Positions 23,834 through 36,734 of a DNA stretch of 64,000 nucleotides are shown here, piece by piece. The DNA is from Felis catus (lineage: Eukaryota). How positions within the stretch are numbered: the stretch's first letter is position 1; the number at the start of each line of letters is the position of its first letter. The stretch is taken from the NCBI RefSeq assembly GCF_018350175.1, contig NC_058368.1, positions 215,576,001 to 215,640,000 on the forward strand, in the 5' to 3' direction. The position numbers and the translations under genes were made by a program. The notes under the pieces were generated by a model, which was given only the letters and a program-made list of their open reading frames with translations, had not been told where the DNA came from and made no database searches.

Positions 23834-26800
23834 CACATATAGTGGATTAGAGAAGATTAGTCCTATTCATTTTGTTTTTGAGTATTTGTATGAGATTACA
23901 ATAAACATGGGATCATATCTAGAGACAGCAGTTCCGCAAATCTGGTCAATGTTTTAGCATTAATTGGTGAGTCATCTTAGTCATAATGTGAGGGGTGATG
24001 AGAAATAGATAGGGCTAATGTTTAGCAAGAGTCACCGGAAATTTTCAGTTCTTCAGTATCCAGTACACTATGTAGTATTTGTGAGAAAAATATAACCTTA
24101 TTTAGGGACTTAGTTTCTATTCCTCAATTAAGTGGATATTATCTTATCAAATAAAAAAAAACATTACCCCAGGCTATAGGCAGCATTGAGTTCCAGAACA
24201 AGAGTGTGAGCCCCCATGAGAAAAGACTAAGACTAATAAAAGTGCACACTAAAATTTAATTTATCAAGTCGCAGACTATTTTGAAAAAGAGTGTGTTAGA
24301 ACACTGTGGCTCATGTTTTAATAACAAAAAAAAATCTCAAAATTTAAATGAAACTCATGGTCCTTTGATGGAAAACTCATGTCTAATTCAAGTTACACAA
24401 CATTCAAATATATTCCATGCCTTCTACATATTATAGTTTCCTAAGTATTACATTTGATGTTATGCTATAAATTGTAAATGTGAATATTTCCTAAATGCAT
24501 GGACAAGCTAAAAAATATATAAATTTATACTTTACTTGTTACTTTATTCAGATATTTATTAAACCTTATAACTTTGTAAAGAAATGATTTATCTGCAAAA
24601 CAATATCTGGGGAATACAAAGGAAAAGAAGACATGATCCCAAGACTCTGAATTTAAAGTCTAAAATCTCAATACCCCATTCCATTTTGGGTGGCTCTTTA
24701 AGCACAAATGTCTAAAATAATAACATGTCAGGAAATGTGAAATCTTGTTAATAGATATACGAAGAAAACTTGGATATGATTTTGCCAATCTAAATATCTT
24801 AAAATCTAAAATTGAAACCTGAAATAAAAAGATTCAGCACAAATATCAATCTATTTGCCAATAATTCTCTACAATCTTGACTTTTAACTTTTCACTCTTT
24901 TTAATAAAATTAAATACCTTCTTTTTCCTCTGTGTTGATTGACTTTTGCTAGAGACTAACAATTTTTAATTGTATAATATAAAAACATGTCAACTTTATG
25001 GGACAAGGAATTGAAACCTAATATCCTACACAGCATATAATGTATCCATGACAGCTTACAATTTTTATATAACAGTCTTGAGATCAGGATTGGAAAATGA
25101 CATCAATCAGACTGTGACTCTGCCCTCTCGATACCATAGCAGATCTATATGAATACCTGTCACTCAGCTATTCTCAGTAAGGCTCAAATATTTCCATCTA
25201 GTGTCAATGTAATTAGGCTCTGCATTAAGGATAGTGTTCTGTAACCAAGCTGCCCACATTATCAAACATATAGTTATCATCCATTTGAAGGCACTTGTGA
25301 CAAGATTAGTATTCGTAGTTCAGTGGAATTGTACTCTCTTAATTGGATCTGGAGATTTTTTTTAAAGACTGACATTCTATTTTTGGTGATAATGTCTAAT
25401 ATAACTGCCAATATTTCTACCTTAATGTGTTCTGCCTTCACACTTCTATAGGCAATGAGATATTGAAGACGGAAGCCTCCTCTCTACTCTGTTGTACAAC
25501 TCCATCACCTCACATAGTAGCTACTTTATTGATGATAGTGACTACACCTCATTGTTTTTTGCCAGTATCTGTCATAGAGCATGGCAAAAAGTGAGTTCTT
25601 ACAAATACTTATAGAATGGAATTGACTCCATAAACTTGGACAATAAACTAACTGTCCACAAATGGAATTGTTTCAACTGGCCTGAGTTGTTTAGCAAAGG
25701 CATGGGGAATCTTAAAATCTTAAAATCACATTAAGAACACAACATGGATGGACATAGTATATATGAAACTCTTAGCCACCATTGACAGTTTTTATATTTG
25801 CTTATTTAGAAGAGAGAAAAGTCTATATAAGAAATACAATGGAGTATACACATTTAGTATTGGCAGATTTTACTTCACTGTTTGTTGTGATGCTCACAAG
25901 TTACTCACCAAATCTGCAACACATAGTACTTGTTCAATAACCTAAGCCACAAATCTGAATCACGGCCATACATCTATGTTTTCCACTTAGTGAGTGAATT
26001 GAGTCAGCCATTTTGTCATCTGTATGTCAACAGAGTTTAGTACCTTTATATGCTGAATGGTCACATCAGGAAGATCTAATGGCTTGTTGCAATCTGGCTT
26101 TATTCTGCCATACACTGAATTCTGCTGTCATTCTTATTTACCCCCTACCTGAAGTTAGAGCAACAAAACAGTCTGTACATCATTTTAACTTTTGGAAATA
26201 CAAATATATTTTTGTCATTGTTAATAAGATGATAAGCGAGGTTTTTAAAAATCATTAAAGTAGTTTAAAAAACCTATTCCATCTTGTGATAAAAATAATT
26301 TATTTTAGGAATATTTGAGAAATCTGGTTTTTCCTGGAATCTTAAAATTGATCTATAAATGCAAATTAATGCAAGAAGTTAATTCTAGATGAAGTTTAAT
26401 CCCTTTTTTTCCTGAAAATTACTTCAAAGAACCATGAAACACAAATACCTCAATTAAAAAAATCTAACAACAAAAACAAAAACAAAACAAAAAAGAAAAA
26501 AATCAAAAGAAGTTAAACTTTACAAGACATAAATTTTACTAATTATAGTCTTGGAACAGTGTTTTAAACTAAATAGATAACAGGTTGTATATTTTAGTTC
26601 AAAGGGAGCATAACTGTTTAATTGACTTTAAGGGCTTTTCAAATTCAGGACACTAATTTGGGAACTTAGTTTTAAATTCTACAAGATTTAGGAGATTTCA
26701 AACTCAGCATACAAGTTTGAAAACCTATGTGTGTGTCTGTACATGTGTGTGTGACAGAAATGGAAAAAGAACATTTTTAATGCAAAGGAAAACTCGGGAA

Positions 26801-26938
26801 GTACAGATCACACAATTTAAAAGAGTAGAATTATTTAACTGAAAAAATCGCAATTCAACATGAAATTGTTATGTATTCACCAGTCTGATTGGAACCAAGC
26901 CTAGTTAGTCCTTTAAAAAAAATCCTTAGTGTGTTCTT

Positions 26939-27137
26939 GGGGCCCCTGGGTGGCTCAGTGGCTTAAGCTTCCAGCTTTGACTCATCATGATCTCCTGGTT
27001 TGTGCGTGTGAGCCCTGTGTCGGGCTCTGGGCTGAGAGCTCAGAGCCTGGAGCCTGCTTCAGATTCTGTCTCCCTCTCTCTGCCCCATCCCCGCTCCCCC
27101 TCCATCTCTCTGTCAAAATTAAATATTAAAAAAAAAA
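26939..27137 (+). mobile_element. CAN-SINE (SINEC_Fc-like)
   Basis: Perfect TSD (A)n-tccttagtgtgttctt (26923-26938 / 27138-27153). Confidence 0.97.
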
Positions 27138-27560
27138 TCCTTAGTGTGTTCTTAATAGAGTTAGATAAAATATTTAAATGCTTTTATTGATTTATTTGCT
27201 TCATGAATATATCAACTTTTTTTAAAGCACTAAATTCTACAGTGTATGTAAGTAAAAATATAATTTCCCATGTACCTAACCTTTGAAAAATACACAGCTT
27301 TGGTTCTTCAAAAAGATCAACAAGACTGATAACCTCTGGCGAGACTCATAAAAGAGAAGATTCAAACAAAATCACAATGAAAAAGGGGAGATAACAACCA
27401 CACCACAGAAATACCAACAATTTTAAGAGATTATGAAAAATTATATGCCAACAAATTGAACAACCTAGTAGATATGAATAAATTCATAGAAACATATAAC
27501 CTCCCCAAACTGACTGAATCAGGAAGAAGTAGAAAATCTGAACTGACCAATTACCAATTG

Positions 27561-27607
27561 AATTGAATCAGTAATTGAATCAGTAACTGAATCAAAATTG
27601 AATCAGT
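27561..27607. repeat. 12-bp tandem repeat (aattgaatcagt) x4 inside L1
   Basis: Units at 27561, 27573, 27585 (variant) and 27596. Confidence 0.9.
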
Positions 27608-27767
27608 AATTAAAAAAAAAAAAACAAAACTTCCAATAAAAAAAAGCCTAGGAGTAGATGGCTTCACAGGCTAATTAAACATTTTTTTTTCAATTAAACA
27701 TTTAAAGAAGAGTTAATACCTAGTCTTCTCAAACTATTCTAAAACATATAAGGAAAACTTCCATATA

Positions 27768-29026
27768 TTTTTTAATATAATTTATTGTCAAGTTAGCTAA
27801 CATACAGTGTATGCAGTGTGCTCTTGGTTTTGGGGTATATTCCCATAATTCATCACTTACATACAACACCTAGTGCTCATTCCAACAAGTACCCTTCTCA
27901 ATGCCCATCACCCATTTTCCTCTCACCCCACCCCCGCTCCAACCCTCTGTTCTCTGTATTTAAGAGTCTCTCATGGTTTTTCTCCCTCCCTCTTTGTTTG
28001 TAACTGTGTTTTTTCCCTTGCCTTCCCCTGCAGTCTTCTGTTAAGTTTCTCAAATTCCACATATGAGTGAAAACGTGTATCTGTCTTTCTCTGACTTATT
28101 TCACTTAGCATAATACCTTCCAGTTCCATCCACATTGCTGCAAATGGCATGATTTCATTCTTTCTCATTGCCAAGTAGTATTCCATTGTATATATATAAA
28201 CCACATCTTCTTTATCCATTCGTCAGTTGATGGACATTTAGGCTCTTTCCATGATTTGGCTATTGTTGAAAGTGCTGCTATAAACATTGGGCACATGTGC
28301 CCCTATGCATCAGTGCTCCTGTATCCTTTGGCTAAATTCCTAGTAGTGATATTTCTGGGTCATAGGGTAGTTCTATTTTTCATTTTTTGAGGAACCTCCA
28401 CATTGTTTTCCAGAGCGGTTGCACCAGTTTGCATTCCCAACAGTGCAAGAGGGTTCCTGTTTCTCTACCTCCTCGCCAGCATCTGTAGTTTCCCGAGTTG
28501 TTAATGTTAGCCACTCTGACCGGTGTGAGGTGGTATCTCAGTGTGGTTTTGATTTGTATTTCCCTAACGATGAGTGACTTTGAGCATATTTTCATGTGTC
28601 TGCGGGCTATCTGGATGTCTTCTTTGGAAAAGTATCTATCCATGTCTTCTGCCCATTTCTTCACTGGATTGTTTATCGGGTGTTGAGTTTGCTACGTTCT
28701 TTAGTGATTTTGGATACTAACCCTTTATCAAATATACCATTTGCAAATACCTTTTCCCATTCCATTGGTTGCCTTTTAGTTTTGTTGATTGTTTCCTTTG
28801 CAGTGCAGAAGTTTTTTACCTTGATGAGGTCCCAATAGTTCATTTTTGCTTTTAATTCCCTTGCCTACTGAGATGTGCCAACTAAGAAGTTGCTGCAGCT
28901 GGGGTCAAAGAGGTTGTTGCCTGTTTTCTCCTCTAGATTTTTGATGGTTTCATGCTTACATTTAGGTTTTCCATCCATTTTGAATTTATTTTTGTGTATG
29001 GTGTAAAAAAGTGGTCCAGGTTCATT
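27768..29026 (-). mobile_element. Younger felid-type L1 3' fragment nested in the opposite orientation
   Basis: ORFs 28380-28664 ([44 protein letters not shown]) and 27971-28219 (TMEYY..WMELEGIMLSEISQ) match the ORF2p C-terminus; own 3' UTR and tail at ~27770. Confidence 0.93.
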
Positions 29027-29576
29027 TACAAATGACATCTCTGATAAAGGGTTAGTATCCAAAATATATACAAAACTGATACTACTCAAAAACAAAACAA
29101 AACAAAAAACCCAAATAATCCAATTTAAAAATGGGCAGAAGATATGAACAGACATTTCCTCAAAGAAAACATACAGATGGCCAACAGCAACATGAAAAGA
29201 GGCTAAACATCACTCATCATGAGGGAAATGCAAATCATAATTACAATGAGATACCACCTTACACTTGTCAGAATGGCTAAAATCAAGAACACGAGAAACA
29301 AGTGTTGGTGAGGATTGGGAGAAAAAGGAACACTTGAGCACTGTTAGTAGCAATGTAAACTGGTGTAGCCACTGCTAGAATGAAGGTTCCTCAAAAAGTT
29401 AAAAATAAAACTACCCTATGATCCAGGAGTCACAATAATGGCTATTTACCCCAAAAGACAAACACACTAATTCAATCAGATATATGTACCCTAGTGTTTA
29501 TACAGCATTATTTAGAATAGTCCAATGATGGAAACAAGCCATCTGTCTATGGATAGATGAGTGAATAAAGAAGATG

Positions 29577-29634
29577 TCTCCCTCTCTCTCTCTCTCCCTC
29601 TCTCTCTCTCTCCCTCACACACACACACACACAC
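29577..29634. repeat. (CT)n(CA)n microsatellite inside L1
   Basis: Direct reading. Confidence 0.9.
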
Positions 29635-29878
29635 TAGAATATTATTCAGTCATTAAAAATTATGAAATCTTTACATGGATGTAACCACAGAGTATAATAC
29701 TAAGTGAAATAAATCAGAGAAAGACAAATACCATTTAACTGCACTCATGTAAAATTCAAAAAACAGAACAAATGAGCAAAGGAGAGAGAAAGGTAGAGAA
29801 AAACCAAGAAACAGACTCTTAACTACAGAAAACTGATGGTTTCCAGAAGGGAGGTTTGTAGGGGGAATGGGTGAAATA

Positions 29879-30068
29879 GGGCACGTGGGTGTCTCAGTTG
29901 GTTAAACATCCAGCTGTCACACAGTTCCTGGGATTGAGCCCTACGTCCGACTCTGCACTGACAGTATGGGGCCTGCTTGGGATTCTCTCTCTCCCTTTCC
30001 CTCTGTCCCTCCCCTGCTCATGCTCTCTCTCTCTCTCTCCTCTCAAAATAAACAAACATTAATAAAAA
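29879..30068 (+). mobile_element. CAN-SINE with internal deletion, in L1 3' UTR
   Basis: ggggcacgtgggtgtctcagttggttaaacatcc...aaaataaacaaacattaataaaaaa; no TSD seen. Confidence 0.9.
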
Positions 30069-30912
30069 AGAGTACACTTATCATGATAATCAATGTGTAA
30101 TGCACATAATAGTTTAATTACTATATTGTACATCTGAAACTAATATAACACTGCATGTTAGCTACACTAGAATTAAAGTTAAAAACTAAAACTAATTAAA
30201 AATGAAAAATAAAAAGTAAACAGCTTTGTAATACAAGTGGTGTGCAAATAGTGCTCTAAAATTTAAAATTAAACGGTGTTTTCTTTGATCGAGGCTTCAC
30301 TTAATCTTAAAAATAAGAGACATGTCAGATTTTAAGAAAAAAATTAAGAATAAATTAAAGACAAACTTTAATGGATATAGTCTCTGAAACATAAGAGGAT
30401 ACAAAATCTGTGACTTCAATGAGTGACTAGGTCAAAACATGTGAAGAACTGTGTGGGCAAATATAAAATAACCATAAAAGCCAAGAGTAAAGCCCTATAT
30501 TGTACAAGTTTAAAGTCATTTGTAAGATTTCCTTGCCTTTAGCTCACCTCAAGAATAATGAACTTCAAAGTGCCCTGTAGGCTTCTTATTTTTGCGGAAT
30601 TCAAGAACAATGACCAAGAAAAAAAAATGTGTATGATAAATCCCCTCAGAGTTTATCACAACTGAACCTGCAAAATATTCAAACAGCTCCAGTCAGCAGT
30701 CCCTAGAGGTACTGGAAGAGGAGTTAATGTTACGAACGAGATCAGTGCCTTCTGTTTTAATTTAAAGTATAGCTTCTGCCTTTGATTTGAGTTAAGCAAA
30801 TAACCCTAAGTTCTAAAAAAAAATACTACTCGGAATTAGAGACAGACCAGAGAGAAACAGAGACGAAGGCAGAGGAGACAGAATGAGAAAATAAGAATAA
30901 AGGGATGTAACA

Positions 30913-31123
30913 CTACACTGTTGAGTACGACAGTCATTAGCCACATGAAAGTATTTACATTCCAATTAATTAAAATTAAATAAATTTAAAAATTTAGTTC
31001 CTCAGCTACGCTAGCCTCATTTTGAATGCTCTAACAGCTAGTCGGTTTGCTAGTTGCTACTATATTTAACAGTGCAGATGGAGAATGTTTCCATTATCTC
31101 ACAAAATTCTGGTACAAAGGCTG
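30913..31123 (-). mobile_element. hAT-Charlie MER3-like element
   Basis: tagccacatg..aattaattaaaattaaataaatttaaaaatttagttcctcag..gaatgtttccattatc. Confidence 0.75.
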
Positions 31124-32232
31124 ATATACAAAGATGGAAAGAAAAGAAACAACAGAGGCAACATATTGAGAGGCTTAAATTCATTGATGAGAGTTTGAAG
31201 GTTAGAGATAGACATGAGAGAGAATATTTAAAAAATGCTTCAAAAAGTTCTTCTTATAAAATGAAAATAAATTTAAGATAGGGTAGCATGTGGGAATAAT
31301 AGGTACAGAAAGTTAGAAAAGCCAACCATCATCTGAGTGGTTTGTAATTAAACAATAATCCATGACTATTAGTCCAGTTTACTAATATTTATACTTTAAG
31401 AAACTAACCAACAAAAAGATCCTAAAAGTCACAGAATTTATAATTTAAGTAAAAAAATGGTTTCCAACTACTTTAACTTGACTTTTTAAACATATATAAT
31501 TAAAATTTTGTATTTGCTATCCTTTCTCTATGTATGAAGTAGAATTATTGCCTTTCTGGGGCAGAAAGCAAGGAGTGGCATAAAAAAATAAATAGAATAT
31601 GAGAAAATACCCAAAAAAAGGCATTTAAAATGTATATGTGAATTTTTACAATTTGAGGTTCAAATGACTATTTTTTCTTTAGTCTGAAAAACTAAATATG
31701 AATTTTATAAATACATTAATTTTTAAATAAAACATTTTTCAAAGATTAAGAAAATGAATTCAGAAATGAAAAATAATCATTTCAATTTTGTATAGGAAAA
31801 ATGCAGAATCTGAAGAATTCATTTAAAATTCAAATAGATAATTTACCAAATACAGTTTCAGCAAGACAATTAAAGGGAATTTCTTCATTTTTCAGAAAAT
31901 ACCTAGATTAATGATAATTTTTAAAAATTACTTACATTTTATACATTTACATTGACACATTTACAATTTAAATATTACACATTTATTTGGAAACATTGAA
32001 AAGGAAAAAATAATAAAAACAGGCTTTGAAATTGCATATAGTCAATATTTAGTGACTATTAATCTGAGTGGAAGAATTTATCTACCTATTCTCAAGGACT
32101 ACACATAGAGTTTATATGTTTTCTTTACCATGAAGTCTCTGAAGAAAGGGATTACATGAGGAAAACAAATTCCATGATAATCATAAATGATTTTAGAGGT
32201 ACTAAATTATCTTCTTCCTACATACTAGGATT

Positions 32233-32433
32233 TTTTTAATGTTTATTTATTAACTTTGAGAGAAAGAGAGAGACAGAGCATGATCAGGGGAGGAGCAGAG
32301 AGAGAATCCTAAGCAGGTTCGACACTGACAGCACAGAGCCCGATGTGGGGCTTGAACTCAAGAACTGTGAGATCATAACCTGAGCCAAAATTAAGAATCA
32401 AATGGCTAACCAACTGAGCCACCCAGGCGCCTC
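32233..32433 (-). mobile_element. CAN-SINE
   Basis: TSD-like atactaggatt (32222-32232) / atactagaatt (32439-32449). Confidence 0.95.
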
Positions 32434-32459
32434 AGCCTATACTAGAATTCCAGGTAAGC

Positions 32460-35400
32460 AGCCATTAGGTGTGTGTCAACAATGGGGGGGCCAATACCTG
32501 TTTCAGCTCTAGCTGTCCTACTGAGGGTTTTGTGTGGAGCATTCTGAGACCATCCATCCTGTGTATGCCTTAGCTCTAGCCATCCCACTGGGACATCCCC
32601 TGCATGCAGTGCCCCTGGAGCATCAGGCCTGCACATGCTTTAGCTCCTGCTGTCCCACCAGAAAGCCCCCTCCACAGAACACCCTGGCACCCACTGGCCC
32701 ATTCCTGCTTCATCTCCAGCCAACCAACCAGTTTGGCCTAACTGCAGAGTACTCTGGGATCCCAAGCCCATGACCAGTAAAATTTTAGTAAGCCAACCAC
32801 AGCTGCCAGGCACACATAGCCCACACAGGGAATGTTCCCACACCAGGTAATTCCTTTAAGACTAGAAGTAGCTGCTCCATCTAATTAATAGAAACAAACA
32901 CAGAAAGTCGAACAAAATGAAGAGGCAGGAATATGTTCCAAGAGAAAGAACAAGATAAAACTCTAGGAAAGAACTGAACAAAATAAAGCTACACAATCTA
33001 CCTGACAAAGAGTTCAAAGCAATGTTCATAAAGATGAACTTTAGATAAGACTGCACTCATTAAAAATTTCAACAGAAAGAGAATGTAAAAAAAAAAATTA
33101 GTTGAAGAATACAGTAACTGAAATGAAGAATATGCTAAAGGGAATTAACAGCATATTAGAAGATGCAGAATAATGGATCAGAAATCTGGAAGACAGGGTA
33201 CAGTAAAGCACCCAAGCTGAATAGCGAAAAGAAAAGAAAAAAAAAGAATAAAATAAAAATGAGAATAGATTAAGGAAGCTCTGGGAAAACATCAAGTGAA
33301 ATAATATTCATATTATAGGATTCCCAGAAGGAAAAGGGAAAGCTAAAAGAGCAGAAAACTTGTTTGAAGACAATATGGCTGAAAAATTTCTGAGAAGGAA
33401 ATAGACATTCAGGTTTAGGAAGTACAGAGAACCCAAGCAAGATGAACCCAAGGAAATCCACACCAAGAAACAATAATAAACATGTCAAAGATAAACATAG
33501 AGAACATTACAAGCAGCAAGAGAATAGAACAGTTACATACGAGAAAAACCCCATAAGACTATCAGCTCTTTTTTCAGCAGAAACTGCAATTCAGAAGAAA
33601 GTGGCATGATATATTCAAAATGCTAAAAATACAAGCAAAAAACTACAACCAAGAACATGCTACCTGGCAAGATTATCACTCAGAATTGAAAATGTGATAA
33701 AGTTTCCCGAAGTTAAAGGAGTTCATCACCACTAGACCACCCTTATAAGAATGTTAGAGAGAATTCTTTAAGTGGAAGGAAAATGTCATAGCTACAAGAA
33801 ATTATAGAAGGGAAAAAATGCACATAAAATGTACATTGAAGGCAATGAATCAATTATAAGGCCAATATGGAGTTTAAAACACAAAAATATAAAAATCAAT
33901 TATAGCTATAAAAATTAGTCAAGAGATACACAAAATTTAAAATGTAAACTATGACATCAAATACATAAAATACATAGGGAGGAAGTAAAAATTTAGTGCT
34001 TTTAGAATGTGTTTTAACATAAGAGACTGTCAACTTAATATGGACTGCTATACATGTAGAATGTTATATATAAATCCAAAGTTAACCAGAATAAAAATAC
34101 GTATAATAGATTCACAAAGAATAAATTAATTCAAACATAACATTAAAGAAAACCATCAAACCACGAAGAACAGAAACAAGAAAGAAGAAAGGGACAGAGA
34201 AGAACTACAATAACAACCAGAAATTAACAATATAGCAATAAGTATATACCTATCAATTACTTTAAATGCAAATTAAACAAGGTGATAATCAAAAGTCCTA
34301 GGGTCACTAAATAGATTAACAACAACAAACAAGACCCATCTTTATGCTGTCTACAAGAGACTCACTTCATTCTTAAAGGCACATATGGACTAAAAAAGTG
34401 AAGGGATGAGAATATATTTTATGCAAATGGAAGAAGAAAGAAAGAACAACAAAATAGATTTTATTTTTTAATGTTTATTTAGTTTTGAGAGAGAGAGAGA
34501 GAGAGGGAGAGAGAGACAGACAGACAGCACGAGTTGGGGAGGGGCAGAGAGCCATAGAGCCTGACACCAGGCTCAAACCCACAAGCCATGAGATCACAAC
34601 CTGAGCCCAAGTCGGACGCTTAACTGATTGAGCCACCCAGGTGCCCCAGACACAATAGATTTTAAAACAAAGACTGTAGCAAAAGACAAAGAAGGTCTTA
34701 CATAATGAAAAAGGGATCAGCCAACAAGACAGTACAACAATTGTAAATATCTATGAATACAATATAGAGGTACCTAAACACATACAGGAAATACTAAATA
34801 ACAGAAGAGGAGAAATTGATAGTAATACAATAATAGTAGGGAATTTTAACACTCCACTTACATCAATGGATACATTATTCACACAGAAAATCAATGCACA
34901 AACAATGGGTGTGAATGACACATTAGCTAGAGGGAATAATAGATACATTTATAACATTTCATCCAAAAACAGAAGACACGTTTTTTTTAAAGTACACATA
35001 TACATTCTCCAACATAGATCATATGTTATACTGCCAAACAAGACTCAATACATTTAAGAAGCTTGAAATCATATCAACATCTTTGTGAACCAAAACTGTA
35101 TAAAACTAGAAATCAATTACATGAAAAAAAAACTGCAAAAGAACACAAATATGTGAAAGCTAAATATATGTTTCTAAACAACAAATGGGTCAAAAAAAGA
35201 AATAAAAAAATACATGTAGACAAATGAAAATAAAACATGATAGTCAAAAACTTTGGGGACTCAGGAAAACCAGTTCTAAGAGAAAAATTTTTAGCAATAG
35301 AAGCCTACTTCAAAGGAGGAGAAATCTCAAATAAATAATCTAACCTTACACCTAAAGGGACTAGAAAACAAACAAACAAGCAAACAAACAAAAAGAAAGA

Positions 35401-36734
35401 AAATCCCAAGTTAATGTAAGAAAAAAAAATAATAAAGATTAGAGTGGAATAAATAAAATAGCAGCTAAAAAAATTAGAAAAAGATCAATGAAACCAAGAG
35501 CTTGTGGTCTGAAAAGGTAAACCTTTATCCAGATTCATACAAAAGAGAGATAGAGAGAGAGAGAGAGAGAAATCTCAAAGAAAATCAGAAATGAAGGAGA
35601 GGCAACACAACCACAGAAATACAAATAATTATAAGAAACTACTATGAAATATTATATGCCAACAAATTGGACAATCTAGAAGAAATGCATAAATCTTCCA
35701 AAACTGAATCATGAATAAATAGAAAATCTGAATAAGCTGATTACTATTAATAAAATTGAATTGGTGATAAAAAAAAATCTCCCCCCAAAAAACCCAAAAG
35801 CCCAGGGCCAGATAGATTCACTGGTGAATTCTACCACATCTTTAAAAAAGAGTCAACACCTATTAAATATTATAAAAATTAAAGAGCTAGTAACTACTAA
35901 AAATTAGAACAAGAAGCAAAGCTTCCAAATTCATTCTTTGAAGCCAGCATTACCCTGATACCAAAACTAAATACACTATAACAAAAGAAAACTACAGGCC
36001 AATATTCCTGATGAACCTAGATGCAAAACTCCTCACCTAAATATAGCAAATCAAATACAGCAATACGATAAAGTATCATTCACCACTATTAAGTGAGATT
36101 TATTCCAGGAACATAGTATGGTTTATTATCCACAATCAACATGATACATCACATTAACACAATGAAGGACGAAAACCACATGATCAGAAAAAGCATTTGA
36201 CAAAATTCAACATCCATTTATTAAAAATACTCTCAAGGAAGTGGGTGCAGAGGAAATATACCTCAACATAATAAAGTCCATATATGACAAGCCCACAGCT
36301 AACATCATACTCAATGGTGAAAAATGAAAGCTTTTTCTTCAGGATCAGGAGAAAACAAGATGTCCACTCTTGGCACTTTTATTTAACATAGTACTAAAAG
36401 TCCTAGCCCTAGCGATAATACCAGAAAAATAAATAAAAGGGATTTACACTGGTAAAAAAAAAAAAATAAAACTATCATTCTTTGTGGATGACATGATACT
36501 ATATATAGAGAACCCTAAGGACTCCATCACAAAACTATACCAACTAATAAACAAATTCAGTGAAATCACAGGATACAAAATACACAGAAATCTGTTCCAT
36601 TTCTATAAACTAACAATGGATTACCAAAAAGATAAATTAAGGTAACAAATCCATTTAAAATTACACCAAAAAAGAATAAAATATCTGCAATAAATATAAC
36701 TAGGGAGGTGAAGACCTATACGCTGAAAACTATA
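32460..36734 (+). mobile_element. Carnivore L1: part of 5' UTR, decayed ORF1, ORF2 to just past RT; 3'-truncated
   Basis: GC-richer UTR to ~32860; ORF1-like start atgaagaggcag at 32917; EN motifs ~34260-35100; RT motif FVDDMILYIENP at 36481; breaks off at gaaaactata. Confidence 0.92.
34464..34647 (-). mobile_element. CAN-SINE with internal deletion, in L1 endonuclease region
   Basis: TSD acaaaatagatttta (34449-34463) / acacaatagatttta (34650-34664). Confidence 0.95.

Larger units (their letters stand above)
27303..30216 (+). mobile_element. 5'-truncated carnivore L1 (outer element; RT region replaced by a nested L1)
   Basis: Sense ORF2 at 27303-27763 and from 29027 through 3' UTR and A tail; TSD tacacagctttg (27291-27302) / taaacagctttg (30217-30228). 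Confidence 0.88.

Noticed and set aside
27561..27607. CRISPR-like or other prokaryotic array
   Set aside because: A spacer-less tandem repeat inside a mammalian L1; no prokaryotic signal anywhere in the window
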